Part shown: positions 8,443-18,132 of the stretch, piece by piece
Numbering within the stretch: position 1 is the first letter of the stretch
How the letters are laid out: every line of letters starts with the position of its first letter
IMG/VR virus record: IMGVR_UViG_3300049227_000013
Location: 1-50,798 of that record
Direction: 5' to 3' (one strand)
Source: a virus
Taxonomy: Duplodnaviria > Caudoviricetes
DNA: 50,798 nucleotides
Position numbers and translations under genes: made by a program
The notes under the pieces: model-generated
Databases searched by the model: none
What the model was told of the DNA's origin: nothing
Seen by the model: only the letters and a program-made list of their open reading frames with translations

Positions 8443-10062
8443 CTAGATAGTCGGCTGACAGGGGTTTACGCGCGGCCGGTCTTGGCACTCCTCGTCCACC
8501 CGATGCGGACGATAGGGGCAAGGCAATGGCTCGACGATGAAAGGCGTAACTAACTGTACCCCACCCTCGTCGTCCAGGAACGAGAACGGAGTCCACGGAA
8601 TGCGCATCACCCGCGGCGCCGTCCACATCTCCTCGTCGCGGAAGAAGACAGGAACGACGATCGAGGCGATGCCGTCCTCGGTGAACGTGACAGGAGTCCA
8701 GGGAACCGATTGTCGGCGAGCGACCCATGGCGGATCGTCGTCGAGGAAGATGGTGGGCAGCGCCACGCCGATCTCGTCGCCGGAGGAGAAGACGACAGGT
8801 GTCCACGGAATCGCCTGGACTTGCCGGACCCAAGTGTAGTCTTCATCGACGGTCGTTACCGGCATCACCGGATCGTCGTCCCGAAAGACAAACGACTGCC
8901 AGACGATCGGCAGCGGCACAAACGTCCGTCCCTGATCCTCTTCCCTATCGCTGATCGTAGTGACGGGCATCAAGGCATCGTCGTCCTGAATGGTGACGGA
9001 TCGCCACACAATCGGGACTGGCGGGATTGTCTTTCCCCACTCCTCTTCCCTGTCGCTGATCGTGGTAACGGGCATCAGCGGATCATCGTCAAGGAACACA
9101 ACGGAGCGCCACGGCGAGGGAATCGTAAAGAGCGGCGGCGGTTGCTCCTCTTCCACGACGGTCACGGTCGCCGGCACAAGCGCGTCATCGTCCCGAACTG
9201 GAGCAACCGTCCAGGGCAGCGTCATCACCTGCGGCACGTATTCGGCGACGTCTGATTCCTGAGGAGGAGGGCCGGCGCAGGGGAACGTCGCAATGACCGC
9301 CAGCCAGTTCGCGGAGTTGAGCAGAGTCCACTGCGGATTGAGAGCGGCCGTCGAGCCGACGTGAAACGTGGCGCCGTCCATCTCCTGAAACGTGTTCCCC
9401 GATTCGTTGACGCGCCTCGTGAAGCCCGAAGGCGTTGTGATCGTCTGCGATGCGCTGTTGACCGGCACCATGACGATGACGGCCAGCTCATTCGCGGAGC
9501 TGAGCGTGCCGGTGCTTCCCGTGGTTGGAGTGGTGCCCGTGCCGCGGTTGACGCTGGTCTTGTCCACCAGTCCTGTGAGCCCCGGAACCTCGACCGCGCT
9601 AAAGGTCAGCTTGTCGGCGCCGCTGGTGTTGACGGTGATCGTAACATTGGCACCGCCCGTAGGCGTCGTGACTTTCCAGATCGCGGCCTCATTAACGCCG
9701 ACGTTGCTCGTTTCGCGGGCGACGTTGGTGTAGCTGTTCCCGAGGCTGTCCGTAACCGTGGTCGTGGTGTCCCCCACCCCGCCCAGGCCGCTCATGACGA
9801 TGATCGTGCTGCCTGCCTGGACGGCTTGCAGAGACGCCGGCCCGGTAAGAGACGTCGTGCTGAGCGATTCCGCGATCGGCCAGGTCTGGAGGACGTCGCA
9901 GAGGATGGGGAACTCGTCCGTGTCCGCAATGGCGGGCAATGGATAGGTAACGAGTTGCGGCAAAGGGACTGTTGGCCACGCTGAATCATCGTCGATGACA
10001 GCCGCGGAGAAAGGAAGCTCGTCGCTGTCCAAATAGATTTTCGTGGACCGTCGGACAGCCAT
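8443..10062 (-). CDS. tail/virion protein with acidic ~35-aa repeats
   Basis: 539 aa; central TVTDSLGNSY beta domain flanked by W-x6-DDD repeats. Confidence 0.65.
   Translation of the reverse strand: MAVRRSTKIYLDSDELPFSAAVIDDDSAWPTVPLPQLVTYPLPAIADTDEFPILCDVLQTWPIAESLSTTSLTGPASLQAVQAGSTIIVMSGLGGVGDTTTTVTDSLGNSYTNVARETSNVGVNEAAIWKVTTPTGGANVTITVNTSGADKLTFSAVEVPGLTGLVDKTSVNRGTGTTPTTGSTGTLSSANELAVIVMVPVNSASQTITTPSGFTRRVNESGNTFQEMDGATFHVGSTAALNPQWTLLNSANWLAVIATFPCAGPPPQESDVAEYVPQVMTLPWTVAPVRDDDALVPATVTVVEEEQPPPLFTIPSPWRSVVFLDDDPLMPVTTISDREEEWGKTIPPVPIVWRSVTIQDDDALMPVTTISDREEDQGRTFVPLPIVWQSFVFRDDDPVMPVTTVDEDYTWVRQVQAIPWTPVVFSSGDEIGVALPTIFLDDDPPWVARRQSVPWTPVTFTEDGIASIVVPVFFRDEEMWTAPRVMRIPWTPFSFLDDEGGVQLVTPFIVEPLPCPYRPHRVDEECQDRPRVNPCQPTI
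8560..9240 (-). repeat. about seven degenerate tandem ~35-aa repeats (PW...DDD.LMPVTT..D.EE)
   Basis: DDDPLMPVTTISDREEE / DDDALMPVTTISDREED / DDDPVMPVTTVDED in translation. Confidence 0.8.
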
Positions 10063-11298
10063 TTACCACCAATCGGCTGGGACCATCGACCAGATGCCGC
10101 CCCCTTCGCCAAAGCCGCCTGAACTTGCAAACGGCCCATTCGTGTCGAGCAACACCATGAAGGGCAACACAAGCCCTTGCGTGTCCGTGAAGCTAGAACC
10201 GCCGTCCAGGCTTTGCGTATAGATCGCCGTGCCGTCGATAGGGAACGTCGGGATGGAGTTAGCGTCCGAATCAAAACTGACGCTGTTTATGCGAAAGCCA
10301 GCTCCCGCGCCCGGAAGCGCAAACAGCATGGCGATGCCGCGCACGTTCGGAGAAACGTTTGCCGGGCAAGTAAACTTGCTTCCGAATTGCGATTTGTAGT
10401 TTCCGTCGCCATGAGCGACCACCGTGTAAGATTGCCCCGGCGTCATGTTGACGGCTGGGTTATTGCCGCCAAATTGCGGGACAAAGTAGGCTGGCACCCA
10501 CGACGGCGTGCTGAGAGAAACAAGCTGCCGTGGTATCGGTCCCGTCGTACCCAGCTTGGTCCGCGTCGCTCCCGAACCAGAATAGAAATCGTAAATCAGA
10601 TTGTCGTTTTGCGAGCCGATATCGAGAGAGGACGCACCGCCGTTGCAAAGCATCCCGACATAAGTGCCGTCGGAAAACCCAAGGCGCAGTCCGACGCCCG
10701 CTGCCTGAGTCCAACTTGTGCCGCTGTTGACGCTCGTTGCTTTTTGCCATGCCCAGTTACCAGACGCGGGGAACCACGGTTCGATTCCCGGTGCGACGTT
10801 GACCGAAAAGAAGTTAGTGCCGGGTACTCCGTTCAGATTCTTCCACACCGCCCAATACTTTTTCATGGCGATAAGTGGGTACGTGAACCCGGTCCAAGTG
10901 TTGTACCCGGTCGCAATCGCGCTGCTCAGCGTGTTCGACGAAAACAGAAGGTTGCCCGGCACCCCGTAGTAATCGTCGTACAGGTCGCAATGCGCATCGT
11001 TGACGCCAAGTGAGGCGGTGACGGTATTGTTCGTGCGGATCGTGTTGAGAATCTTGTTGTCGGAAATCACAAAGGACAAACCGCAGAAGTTCACGGCGGC
11101 ATTGAGTGAGAAGGCGACTTGGTTGCCGGGAGTAATGGGCCAGCCGATAGCGTGCGCCCACCACTGTTGCGGAGTGACAAGACTGATTGCCGTGGGCGGG
11201 ACGGGCGGTTGCCATAGAGATTGGGGCGCAGCCCGCCCGCGTGGACCTATTGACCACGGGCCTTGTGCGTTTGGCAGAGTAATTACAGGCGGCGGCAT
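10063..11298 (-). CDS. putative receptor-binding/tail protein with two beta-sandwich domains
   Basis: 411 aa; GLSF...DLYDD...YWAV and PGQSYTVV patterns. Confidence 0.6.
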   Translation of the reverse strand: MPPPVITLPNAQGPWSIGPRGRAAPQSLWQPPVPPTAISLVTPQQWWAHAIGWPITPGNQVAFSLNAAVNFCGLSFVISDNKILNTIRTNNTVTASLGVNDAHCDLYDDYYGVPGNLLFSSNTLSSAIATGYNTWTGFTYPLIAMKKYWAVWKNLNGVPGTNFFSVNVAPGIEPWFPASGNWAWQKATSVNSGTSWTQAAGVGLRLGFSDGTYVGMLCNGGASSLDIGSQNDNLIYDFYSGSGATRTKLGTTGPIPRQLVSLSTPSWVPAYFVPQFGGNNPAVNMTPGQSYTVVAHGDGNYKSQFGSKFTCPANVSPNVRGIAMLFALPGAGAGFRINSVSFDSDANSIPTFPIDGTAIYTQSLDGGSSFTDTQGLVLPFMVLLDTNGPFASSGGFGEGGGIWSMVPADWW

Positions 11299-11307
11299 GG
11301 TCCCTCG

Positions 11308-12087
11308 CTAGTTGAGGGATTCCACGCAATAGCCCTGGATCTGCACGCCGTTGCCGCCGTTGCTGATGCTGAAACCGACCCAGAAATCGAAGATGTTTGC
11401 GATGGTCGAATCGAAGCCAGTGCCCAGCGCGGGCGCTACGTCGGGGACGGCAAGGCAGCAATCCGAGACGTTGGCCCCCGCAGTAAAGCCAACATTAGCA
11501 CCCCAATTATCGGTCGTCGTCGCCGTGCGCGTGAAGTGCGTCCCGGTCAGAATGCCGCCGCCCATGTACTGCGCCGACGTACCCGAACCTTGTGAGCGGC
11601 AGGTGAGCAGGACTTGCAGGAAGAACGGGAAGGTCGTGTGCGCCGTCGCGTTCATCTGAATGTTGCCGCTGTTCCATACGACAATCGACCCGTGCATGAT
11701 TTGGAACGCGACCGTACCGGGAGTCGTCACGATGTTGGACAAACCGCCGTACACCGTCACGCGGAACAGCGAGCCGACGTTCAAGAAGTTCGGGATGAGC
11801 GTGTAAAGCGCTTGCGGATTGATAACACTCTTCGCGGTCGTGTAGGTGGCGAGCAGCGTGCCAGCGGCATCTTGCGATGCGATGGTCCCGACCCAATCCA
11901 TGCCGGGAGCGCTGCCGATATTTTGCGGGTCGAAGCGCGGCTTGCGACGACGAAACAAGTCTCGCCAGCTTCGTGCAGGCGGACCTTCGTTGACGACAGG
12001 GTTGCGACTCCAAGCCACGTCCCCCGACTGATACGCCAAGACTTGCGGCGCGCGGATTTTTGGCTTTTTCGAGCCGATGATGTACAT
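11308..12087 (-). CDS. virion structural protein
   Basis: 259 aa Thr/Gly-rich beta protein in the structural operon. Confidence 0.6.
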   Translation of the reverse strand: MYIIGSKKPKIRAPQVLAYQSGDVAWSRNPVVNEGPPARSWRDLFRRRKPRFDPQNIGSAPGMDWVGTIASQDAAGTLLATYTTAKSVINPQALYTLIPNFLNVGSLFRVTVYGGLSNIVTTPGTVAFQIMHGSIVVWNSGNIQMNATAHTTFPFFLQVLLTCRSQGSGTSAQYMGGGILTGTHFTRTATTTDNWGANVGFTAGANVSDCCLAVPDVAPALGTGFDSTIANIFDFWVGFSISNGGNGVQIQGYCVESLN

Positions 12088-12088
12088 G

Positions 12089-12346
12089 CTAAACCCACCA
12101 AATAGGATTCGCGTTCAAAATCGCGGCGGCTTGTGCAAGCGTGCCGCCTTGGAAGTCGAAGTTATTCTGTTTCAGAATCAACAGGGCTTGGAACAGAATC
12201 ATGTCCGGCGTTGCCACTTTGCCACTTAGTATTTGCCGCGCACGGCCCAGACTGACCCATTCGGTGTACGGACCAATTACGGTCTTGATCGTCTCGCCGT
12301 CGCCGGATGGGTTGGTGTAGACCGGCTGTTGCAAGGTTAAGGGCAT
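12089..12346 (-). CDS. hypothetical protein
   Basis: 85 aa, 1-2 nt gaps to neighbours. Confidence 0.6.
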   Translation of the reverse strand: MPLTLQQPVYTNPSGDGETIKTVIGPYTEWVSLGRARQILSGKVATPDMILFQALLILKQNNFDFQGGTLAQAAAILNANPIWWV

Positions 12347-12348
12347 CC

Positions 12349-13956
12349 CTACTCCACTATCGTTTCACCGTTCAACACATCCGTAGTCACGTCCACGATC
12401 ACTTTCGGCTGCAAATACGACTGATGCACGAAGATGGCCGAACCGCTCTTGGCCGTGTCGCCGGAGAAGGTGCAATTCGTCACCGTCGCCGTATTGGTGC
12501 CCTTGGCGTTGGCATAGATGTAAAGCGCCCCACCGTTGCCCGTCGCGGAGTTGCCGACGAAGTTTGTATGGTCGATGCTGACGTTGCCGCCGCCCTCGCT
12601 GATGAGCGCCCCGCCTGTGCTGCCTGAGTTGTTGTCGAACTCGCACCCCAACACGGTCACGTTCGCCAAGGCCGCGACGGCCCCGCCGAATCCTGCCGAC
12701 TTGTTGCTAACGAAGGTGTCGTTTTCGAGGAGAACGTCACCGCCGGCGCAGATGGCCCCGCCGCCATAGCCGGTGTTGGTGTAGCCGCCCGTGAACGTCA
12801 GCCCTTGGATCGTGTTCAACAAGCCTGCTTCGGCGCTGCAATTCAAAAGCTGGAAAGTCCCGTTCCCCTGAATCGTGTCGAGAGTTTGCCCTTCGCCCTT
12901 GATGAGCGTGGCGTGTGTCAGCGTCAACGTGGACAGAAGGTTGAAGGTCCCCGACACGGTGAAGTCGATCTCGTCAACCGTCGCGCTGCCCTTCTGCGAA
13001 GATGCCGCTTGAATCGCAGCACGGAAACTGCCCGGCCCCGCATCGTTCAGATTCGTCACCTGGAAGATCGTCTGGGTAGGCGCAGGTGGAGAACCAGCGG
13101 GCGGAGGCGGAGGGTTGTTGCCGGTGAACGTGTCGCCGGTCGTGTCAACCGTGATCGGCGGTTCCAGATACTCCTGGTGCAAGTAGATCGCCGGGCCGTT
13201 GGGCGCGACGTTGTTGGTGAAGGCGCTGTTTGTCACGCTGCCGTAGTTGGTCCCGATGTTGTTGCTGTAGAGGAATATGCCCCCACCGCTGGACGTGGCC
13301 GTGTTGCCGATGAACTCGCAATGGTCGATGTTCAGGCTCAGGAGCGTGTTGCCGCGGCCGCTGTTGCCGAAGTCGTTGATCGCGCCGCCGTCACCTTGCG
13401 AGACGTTGTTCTCCCATTCGCAGTTTGTGGCCATGATCTGCTTCTGGCCGGACACCGCTCCACCGAAGCCGGTTGAGACGTTGTTCATGAAGCAAACATT
13501 CTCGAAGCAGATATCGTTGCGAGCGTAGACGGCGCCACCGCCCAGGCCGTTCGTGGTGAAGCCGTTCTCCATCGTCATGTCTTGCATCGTCGTCAGCAGA
13601 CCTTGCTCGCTCGGCTGATTGGCGACGGTGATTGAGCTGTCGTCGTTGGGGTAGCAGAACCAGATGTTGACGGTCCCGCCGCCGTCCAAGAAGGTCGCGT
13701 TCTCGCCCATGCCCTTAACCGTCGTGGCGTGGTTCAGGTTGAGCGGCGAGAGCACCTTGATCGTGCCCGCAATCGTGATGTCGATTTCGTCAACGATCTG
13801 CGTGGTGTTGATGTGGCTATGCAGCTGGTCGATCTGGTTCACGGCATCGCGCAGACTGCCCGCGCCGGAGTCGTTCAGGTTCGTGACCGTAAAGGTTGTT
13901 GGGCAATTACGGTCTTCGAGTTGTTCGACGCCAAGCCTTCGACGGAACTTCGGCAT
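12349..13956 (-). CDS. Planctomycete-type extracellular protein with two Pmp-like (GGA[I/V]/FxxN) beta-helix modules
   Basis: N-terminal RRRLGVEQLEDRNCPT; two VTNLND(S/A)GxGSxRxA starts separated by a Pro linker; many GGAI/GGAV and FxxN repeats; ACAGGAG RBS. Confidence 0.85.
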   Translation of the reverse strand: MPKFRRRLGVEQLEDRNCPTTFTVTNLNDSGAGSLRDAVNQIDQLHSHINTTQIVDEIDITIAGTIKVLSPLNLNHATTVKGMGENATFLDGGGTVNIWFCYPNDDSSITVANQPSEQGLLTTMQDMTMENGFTTNGLGGGAVYARNDICFENVCFMNNVSTGFGGAVSGQKQIMATNCEWENNVSQGDGGAINDFGNSGRGNTLLSLNIDHCEFIGNTATSSGGGIFLYSNNIGTNYGSVTNSAFTNNVAPNGPAIYLHQEYLEPPITVDTTGDTFTGNNPPPPPAGSPPAPTQTIFQVTNLNDAGPGSFRAAIQAASSQKGSATVDEIDFTVSGTFNLLSTLTLTHATLIKGEGQTLDTIQGNGTFQLLNCSAEAGLLNTIQGLTFTGGYTNTGYGGGAICAGGDVLLENDTFVSNKSAGFGGAVAALANVTVLGCEFDNNSGSTGGALISEGGGNVSIDHTNFVGNSATGNGGALYIYANAKGTNTATVTNCTFSGDTAKSGSAIFVHQSYLQPKVIVDVTTDVLNGETIVE

Positions 13957-13981
13957 GGAAGTCTCCTGTCTTTGGTGCCAC

Positions 13982-14200
13982 TTACTTAACTTGCGCGATG
14001 ATCTCTTCTATGAGCTTGATCGGAAGCGGGCCGATTCCCGAGTGGAGCGTGCATTCCTCTCTCGGCAGATCAACGTATTTGTCCACGGCCTTGTTGCCTT
14101 CAAGGACGGTCGTGATCGTCTTGCAGCACAGGGAGGCGACCATGCGGCCCTCGTCGGTCACGCGGAAGCCGTCGGCACGCGGTTCAAACGTCAGCGCCAT
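13982..14200 (-). CDS. hypothetical protein
   Basis: 72 aa in operon. Confidence 0.55.
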   Translation of the reverse strand: MALTFEPRADGFRVTDEGRMVASLCCKTITTVLEGNKAVDKYVDLPREECTLHSGIGPLPIKLIEEIIAQVK

Positions 14201-14203
14201 CGT

Positions 14204-14710
14204 TTACATCTCCTGAAGGGTTTCTTCCACTTCGTAGTTTAGCGAAATGGTTCCGCTGGAGCTGAAGAGGTCGGTTGATTTGTTGGCACCGCCGTCGATC
14301 GTCAGGCCGGCATCGGGATTGATTGCCGTCCAGCCACCGGGGCCCGAGACGCTACAGCCGCACGCCTTAACGAGGGTGGGACCGCCCGTGCCCGTAGTGA
14401 CGGTGCCCGCCGCCGTCGTTGTGATGCCGGCCGTAGCCGCTGCCGCAGGTCCACGCGGATCGGTCGGGCCAGGCGTGACAGAGGTGCCGCCCGATCCTGC
14501 CGTGGTCGTCCACTGCTTCAAGCGGAACATGAGGCCCGAGAGCTGCGTCGCACCCGCAGCCTTGCCCTGAACGATCAGGGCCAGGATCGCCACGGGTCGC
14601 GCGGCGCCCGGCTTGACGAAGGTTTGCTCGCTCTCGGTGTTCGCCGTGCCGTTCGTGGTCAGGTTCTCCAGCGGCACTTGCTTGTTCTGAATCGAGTAGA
14701 CGTATGGCAT
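14204..14710 (-). CDS. virion structural protein (Thr/Gly-rich)
   Basis: 168 aa, GGTSVTPGPTD motif. Confidence 0.6.
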   Translation of the reverse strand: MPYVYSIQNKQVPLENLTTNGTANTESEQTFVKPGAARPVAILALIVQGKAAGATQLSGLMFRLKQWTTTAGSGGTSVTPGPTDPRGPAAAATAGITTTAAGTVTTGTGGPTLVKACGCSVSGPGGWTAINPDAGLTIDGGANKSTDLFSSSGTISLNYEVEETLQEM

Positions 14711-15130
14711 TTAAGGCTCCCGGTAGACTTTGTAGGGGGACTCCTTGGCCAGCAACTCCAGGGCCGTCCCCAACGTGCCCCTGTCAACGGCAACGGCAAT
14801 CTCCATGACGTCGAGCGAACGCCCGAACCTGTCCAACATCTCCGCTTCCACGGCCCGGTTAAACTCCTCGTCCGGCATCATGTACGTGCCGGCGATCTCC
14901 CCGTAATCCTCCGCGCACTGGTTGCACAACCAGAAGTCGAAGGTCGTGTTGTCCTTGGGAACATAGTGCGGATTGGGGTTGCCGCAGTTGGCGCAGAAGG
15001 ACGGTTCGACCTCGATCCTGACTGTCCCGCCACCGGGAAGGGGCCAGTCCACCATCAAGGTGCCCTTCTTGTCTTTGAGCCGGCAATCGGGGAGGATGTG
15101 CGCCATAAATTTTTTTGGCCATTTTTGCAC
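14711..15130 (-). CDS. zinc-finger-like hypothetical protein
   Basis: CANC and CNQC pairs; start may be 15106. Confidence 0.6.
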   Translation of the reverse strand: MQKWPKKFMAHILPDCRLKDKKGTLMVDWPLPGGGTVRIEVEPSFCANCGNPNPHYVPKDNTTFDFWLCNQCAEDYGEIAGTYMMPDEEFNRAVEAEMLDRFGRSLDVMEIAVAVDRGTLGTALELLAKESPYKVYREP

Positions 15131-15133
15131 GGG

Positions 15134-15673
15134 CTACTTGGCCCAGTGCGCCTTACGCTTGTCGATCACCTGCTCGCGCAACTCCACGGTATCGACGTAG
15201 GGCAGCTTCTTCTCCGGCACGTCGTCGAGGATCGAGCGAACCTCCTCGTCCACCAGCTCGGGAGCGATGCCGCCCGGAGGCCCCGGAGGAGGCGGCAGTT
15301 CCGTTGCCTTGTGACTCACGGCGCCGCGGCAGTCGAGGTTGCGTTCCTCGCAGATCTTCTTAACGTCGCCGCGTCCAGATACCCATGCACGCGGATCGCC
15401 AGGATACTCGGCCAAGAACGACGAGTAGAACTTGCCCGTAATGTCAACGCCCTGCGCCTTGGCCTCGGCGGCGTAGAAGTCGCCTTGCTCGGGGTGCTTC
15501 TCGAACTGGTTTCCATTGCACCGACCCTCCATGAATACCGAATCGGTCATGAGGAACGGCGTCTGGCCCAGAGCGAACATCTCGGCCAGCGAGTGCGACG
15601 TGCCTTCTGCGCGGCAGCGTTCGTAATGCGCCTGCACTTGGGGGATGCCGCTAATGGTCGGAAAAACGCCCAT
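15134..15673 (-). CDS. hypothetical phage protein
   Basis: 179 aa ORF downstream of the portal block. Confidence 0.65.
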   Translation of the reverse strand: MGVFPTISGIPQVQAHYERCRAEGTSHSLAEMFALGQTPFLMTDSVFMEGRCNGNQFEKHPEQGDFYAAEAKAQGVDITGKFYSSFLAEYPGDPRAWVSGRGDVKKICEERNLDCRGAVSHKATELPPPPGPPGGIAPELVDEEVRSILDDVPEKKLPYVDTVELREQVIDKRKAHWAK

Positions 15674-15691
15674 TAGCCGAATTGTGCCTTA

Positions 15692-16108
15692 TTAGGCAAA
15701 CGTGCCGAGCGTCAGACCCTTCACGTCAACGATCAGGAACCACTTGGCGCCGTTGCAATAGGCAAAGATCGACGTGCCGATCCGCTGACCGGAAGCAGCC
15801 GTGGTGTAGGTCGTTCGGCCGGCATTGTTGGGGCCTACGAGTGTGCCAGACGGAGCAGCAACGACGACGGGTTGATCCACGACAACGAAGATCCAGCAGC
15901 CGAAGCCCGCACTTGTCGCCACGGGCGGAAGGGTGAACGTGACGGAACCGCCCGCGCCCGTGTTGTCGAAGGCGTCGTTGATGTCGGCGGCCACGATCGT
16001 ATAGTTCGTAGCCATCGACCGGGGCGTTTTGTTTAGCGCCTGGAACAATTCGCTGCCTGTGACTGCGCCCAAGGCGGAAATCATTCTTGCTTCGGTGTCT
16101 GCTGCCAT
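15692..16108 (-). CDS. small virion (decoration/fibre-like) protein
   Basis: NYTIVAAD...VTFTLP...CNGAKW motif typical of virion proteins; GGAG RBS. Confidence 0.65.
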   Translation of the reverse strand: MAADTEARMISALGAVTGSELFQALNKTPRSMATNYTIVAADINDAFDNTGAGGSVTFTLPPVATSAGFGCWIFVVVDQPVVVAAPSGTLVGPNNAGRTTYTTAASGQRIGTSIFAYCNGAKWFLIVDVKGLTLGTFA

Positions 16109-16117
16109 GATCTTCTC

Positions 16118-18118
16118 CTAACGATTGTGAACGCCGTTCATGACTTGCCGCCCTTGAAGTTGCGGCGGAGCGTTGTTGCGCGCGGGAGGACCTGGAGGCG
16201 GAGCGGGCATTGGAGCCTGTGGCGGAGGCGGCGCCGTGATGGTGTAGCCGGTCGGGTCGAGGTCTACGCTCTTGGCCCAGTCGATGATGAGTTTGTTGTA
16301 GGGCCCCACGTCTCCCGTCGCTTGAGCGTGCTGCCAGAGTTGCGGGCCGATCGTCTGCATCGCCTGCGCCATGTTGGCCGCGTCCCTGGCCTTGTTCGGC
16401 TTGCGAGTCGAGCCTGCCTCGATGCGGTATTCGAGCGAATGGATGATCTCCGCCGGGTCCGACGGCATGACGTACTGCATCCACAACTGCGCCCCAGCGG
16501 CGCCCAGGATGGGCTCGACGTCGTTCTGGTCCAGGTGCCAGCGAGCGGCAAGCGCTTCCTTCCGCGCTACGTCGCTCATGGCGTCCTCGACCTTGTTGGC
16601 CATGTCGTCGGGCCGCACGGTCATTTGGCTTTGCTTCACGTCCGCTTCCGTGGCCGAGCGCAACTGCGTCGCCGTCTGGCCGTACATCAGTTCGGACAGG
16701 CCGGTGCGGCGCTCGAAGTTCTTCTCGACGAGCTGGATGACCTCGACGATCTGGGGATGGAAGGCGGGGTGCTGAAGAAACTGCACTACCTTGTCGATCG
16801 CCCCGTGGACTGCCTCCACTTCGATGATCGAGTAGTCTCCACCCGCAACGATCTGGCTCTTGAGGTCCTCGCCCGCGCTCTTGGCAACGGCGATCAGGTC
16901 ACGGCAAGCCGTCTTGATCTTGCCGGCCAGCATCGAATAGGCCCAGTTCATGAACTTCAACTCGCCCAGCGCCGGCTTGAGATGGCTCATCGGCCAGATC
17001 TCGCGCGGCACCCAATGGAACGCGATTGGGGTGAAGGGCCAGGTGTCATCGGCCCAGAAGGGAGTGGGCCACTGGACGCGCTGCATGATGTCCTGGTCTT
17101 GGGCTTGCTCCAGGAACTCGTTGGGCAGGTTCAGCGGGAAGGGGACCGACTCGGCCAGAACCAAATAGCAGTATTTGCCATAGCGGTCGAGCGTTTGCCG
17201 CAGTTCGCTAACGTCGGCGGCGCCGGGAAGGGAACCGGACAAGCGCCCGCCCATGCCCATCTTTGAGTAGATTTTCCAGTAGATGAGGAGGTCATTGGTC
17301 TTGCCCTGCTTGCGGTAGTATTCCCGATCGCTCGACGTCGCCACTTCCGCTTGCCGGTCGTAGCTCTCCAGATTCGCCTTGACGCTTCCCGGAGGCAGAC
17401 TGTACTCGTCCTCCACTTCCCACGTCGGCTTGACGCAGCGCCGGGCGATCCACTTGCACTCTTCCAGGCTTTCCATGTCGGGATCGGCAACGAGGTTATC
17501 CACGGTCTCGAAGAAGGAGCCGACCAGCTTGCGGCCGTTGGCGCCCGCGGGATGGTAAAGCTCCGTCCACAAGCACCCCATGCCCTTGATGATGGCCTCG
17601 TCGATTGCCCAGCGCGAGTGCGTCTTGAGGTCCAGAGCGGTCGGGGTGTAGTTCTGGTACTGCTGAATGAGAGCGGCGCGGACCTGATCGACCATCGCGG
17701 TCTGGCCCATCTGCTGTGCGACCTGCTGCTGCTGCATCATCGCCTGCTGCGCCTGCATGGGGTCGTTCATGTCGGCGCCCAAGGTCAGGATCGACAGCGG
17801 GATCTCGGGGGGCTTGCGCGGGTTGACCTGGCGAATGGGGTTGCGGTGATAGAGAACGGGGCCGAAGAGTTGCACCATCTCGGCGGTCTTGTTGACCGTC
17901 ATGGCGAACGAGGGCTTGGGAACTTCCTCACCGTCCTCGGGCGGCATGAAGCCGCGGCCGTACTGGGCCCGCTTGATGCCGTACAACTCGTCGTAAGGAC
18001 CATGGAAGAAGAAGACGCCCTCATCGGCGTCGTCTTGAAACTTCTTCTTCTTGTGGTCCATGCCCAGCTTGATCTTGCTGATCCAGGCCGTGACGATGGG
18101 ACGCAGGGGGAAGTCCAT
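16118..18118 (-). CDS. portal protein
   Basis: 666 aa; AIIKGMG, DNLVADP, ERRTGLSELMYGQ...RSATEA portal motifs; Pro-rich tail. Confidence 0.85.
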   Translation of the reverse strand: MDFPLRPIVTAWISKIKLGMDHKKKKFQDDADEGVFFFHGPYDELYGIKRAQYGRGFMPPEDGEEVPKPSFAMTVNKTAEMVQLFGPVLYHRNPIRQVNPRKPPEIPLSILTLGADMNDPMQAQQAMMQQQQVAQQMGQTAMVDQVRAALIQQYQNYTPTALDLKTHSRWAIDEAIIKGMGCLWTELYHPAGANGRKLVGSFFETVDNLVADPDMESLEECKWIARRCVKPTWEVEDEYSLPPGSVKANLESYDRQAEVATSSDREYYRKQGKTNDLLIYWKIYSKMGMGGRLSGSLPGAADVSELRQTLDRYGKYCYLVLAESVPFPLNLPNEFLEQAQDQDIMQRVQWPTPFWADDTWPFTPIAFHWVPREIWPMSHLKPALGELKFMNWAYSMLAGKIKTACRDLIAVAKSAGEDLKSQIVAGGDYSIIEVEAVHGAIDKVVQFLQHPAFHPQIVEVIQLVEKNFERRTGLSELMYGQTATQLRSATEADVKQSQMTVRPDDMANKVEDAMSDVARKEALAARWHLDQNDVEPILGAAGAQLWMQYVMPSDPAEIIHSLEYRIEAGSTRKPNKARDAANMAQAMQTIGPQLWQHAQATGDVGPYNKLIIDWAKSVDLDPTGYTITAPPPPQAPMPAPPPGPPARNNAPPQLQGRQVMNGVHNR

Positions 18119-18132
18119 AACGGCATTTTGCG

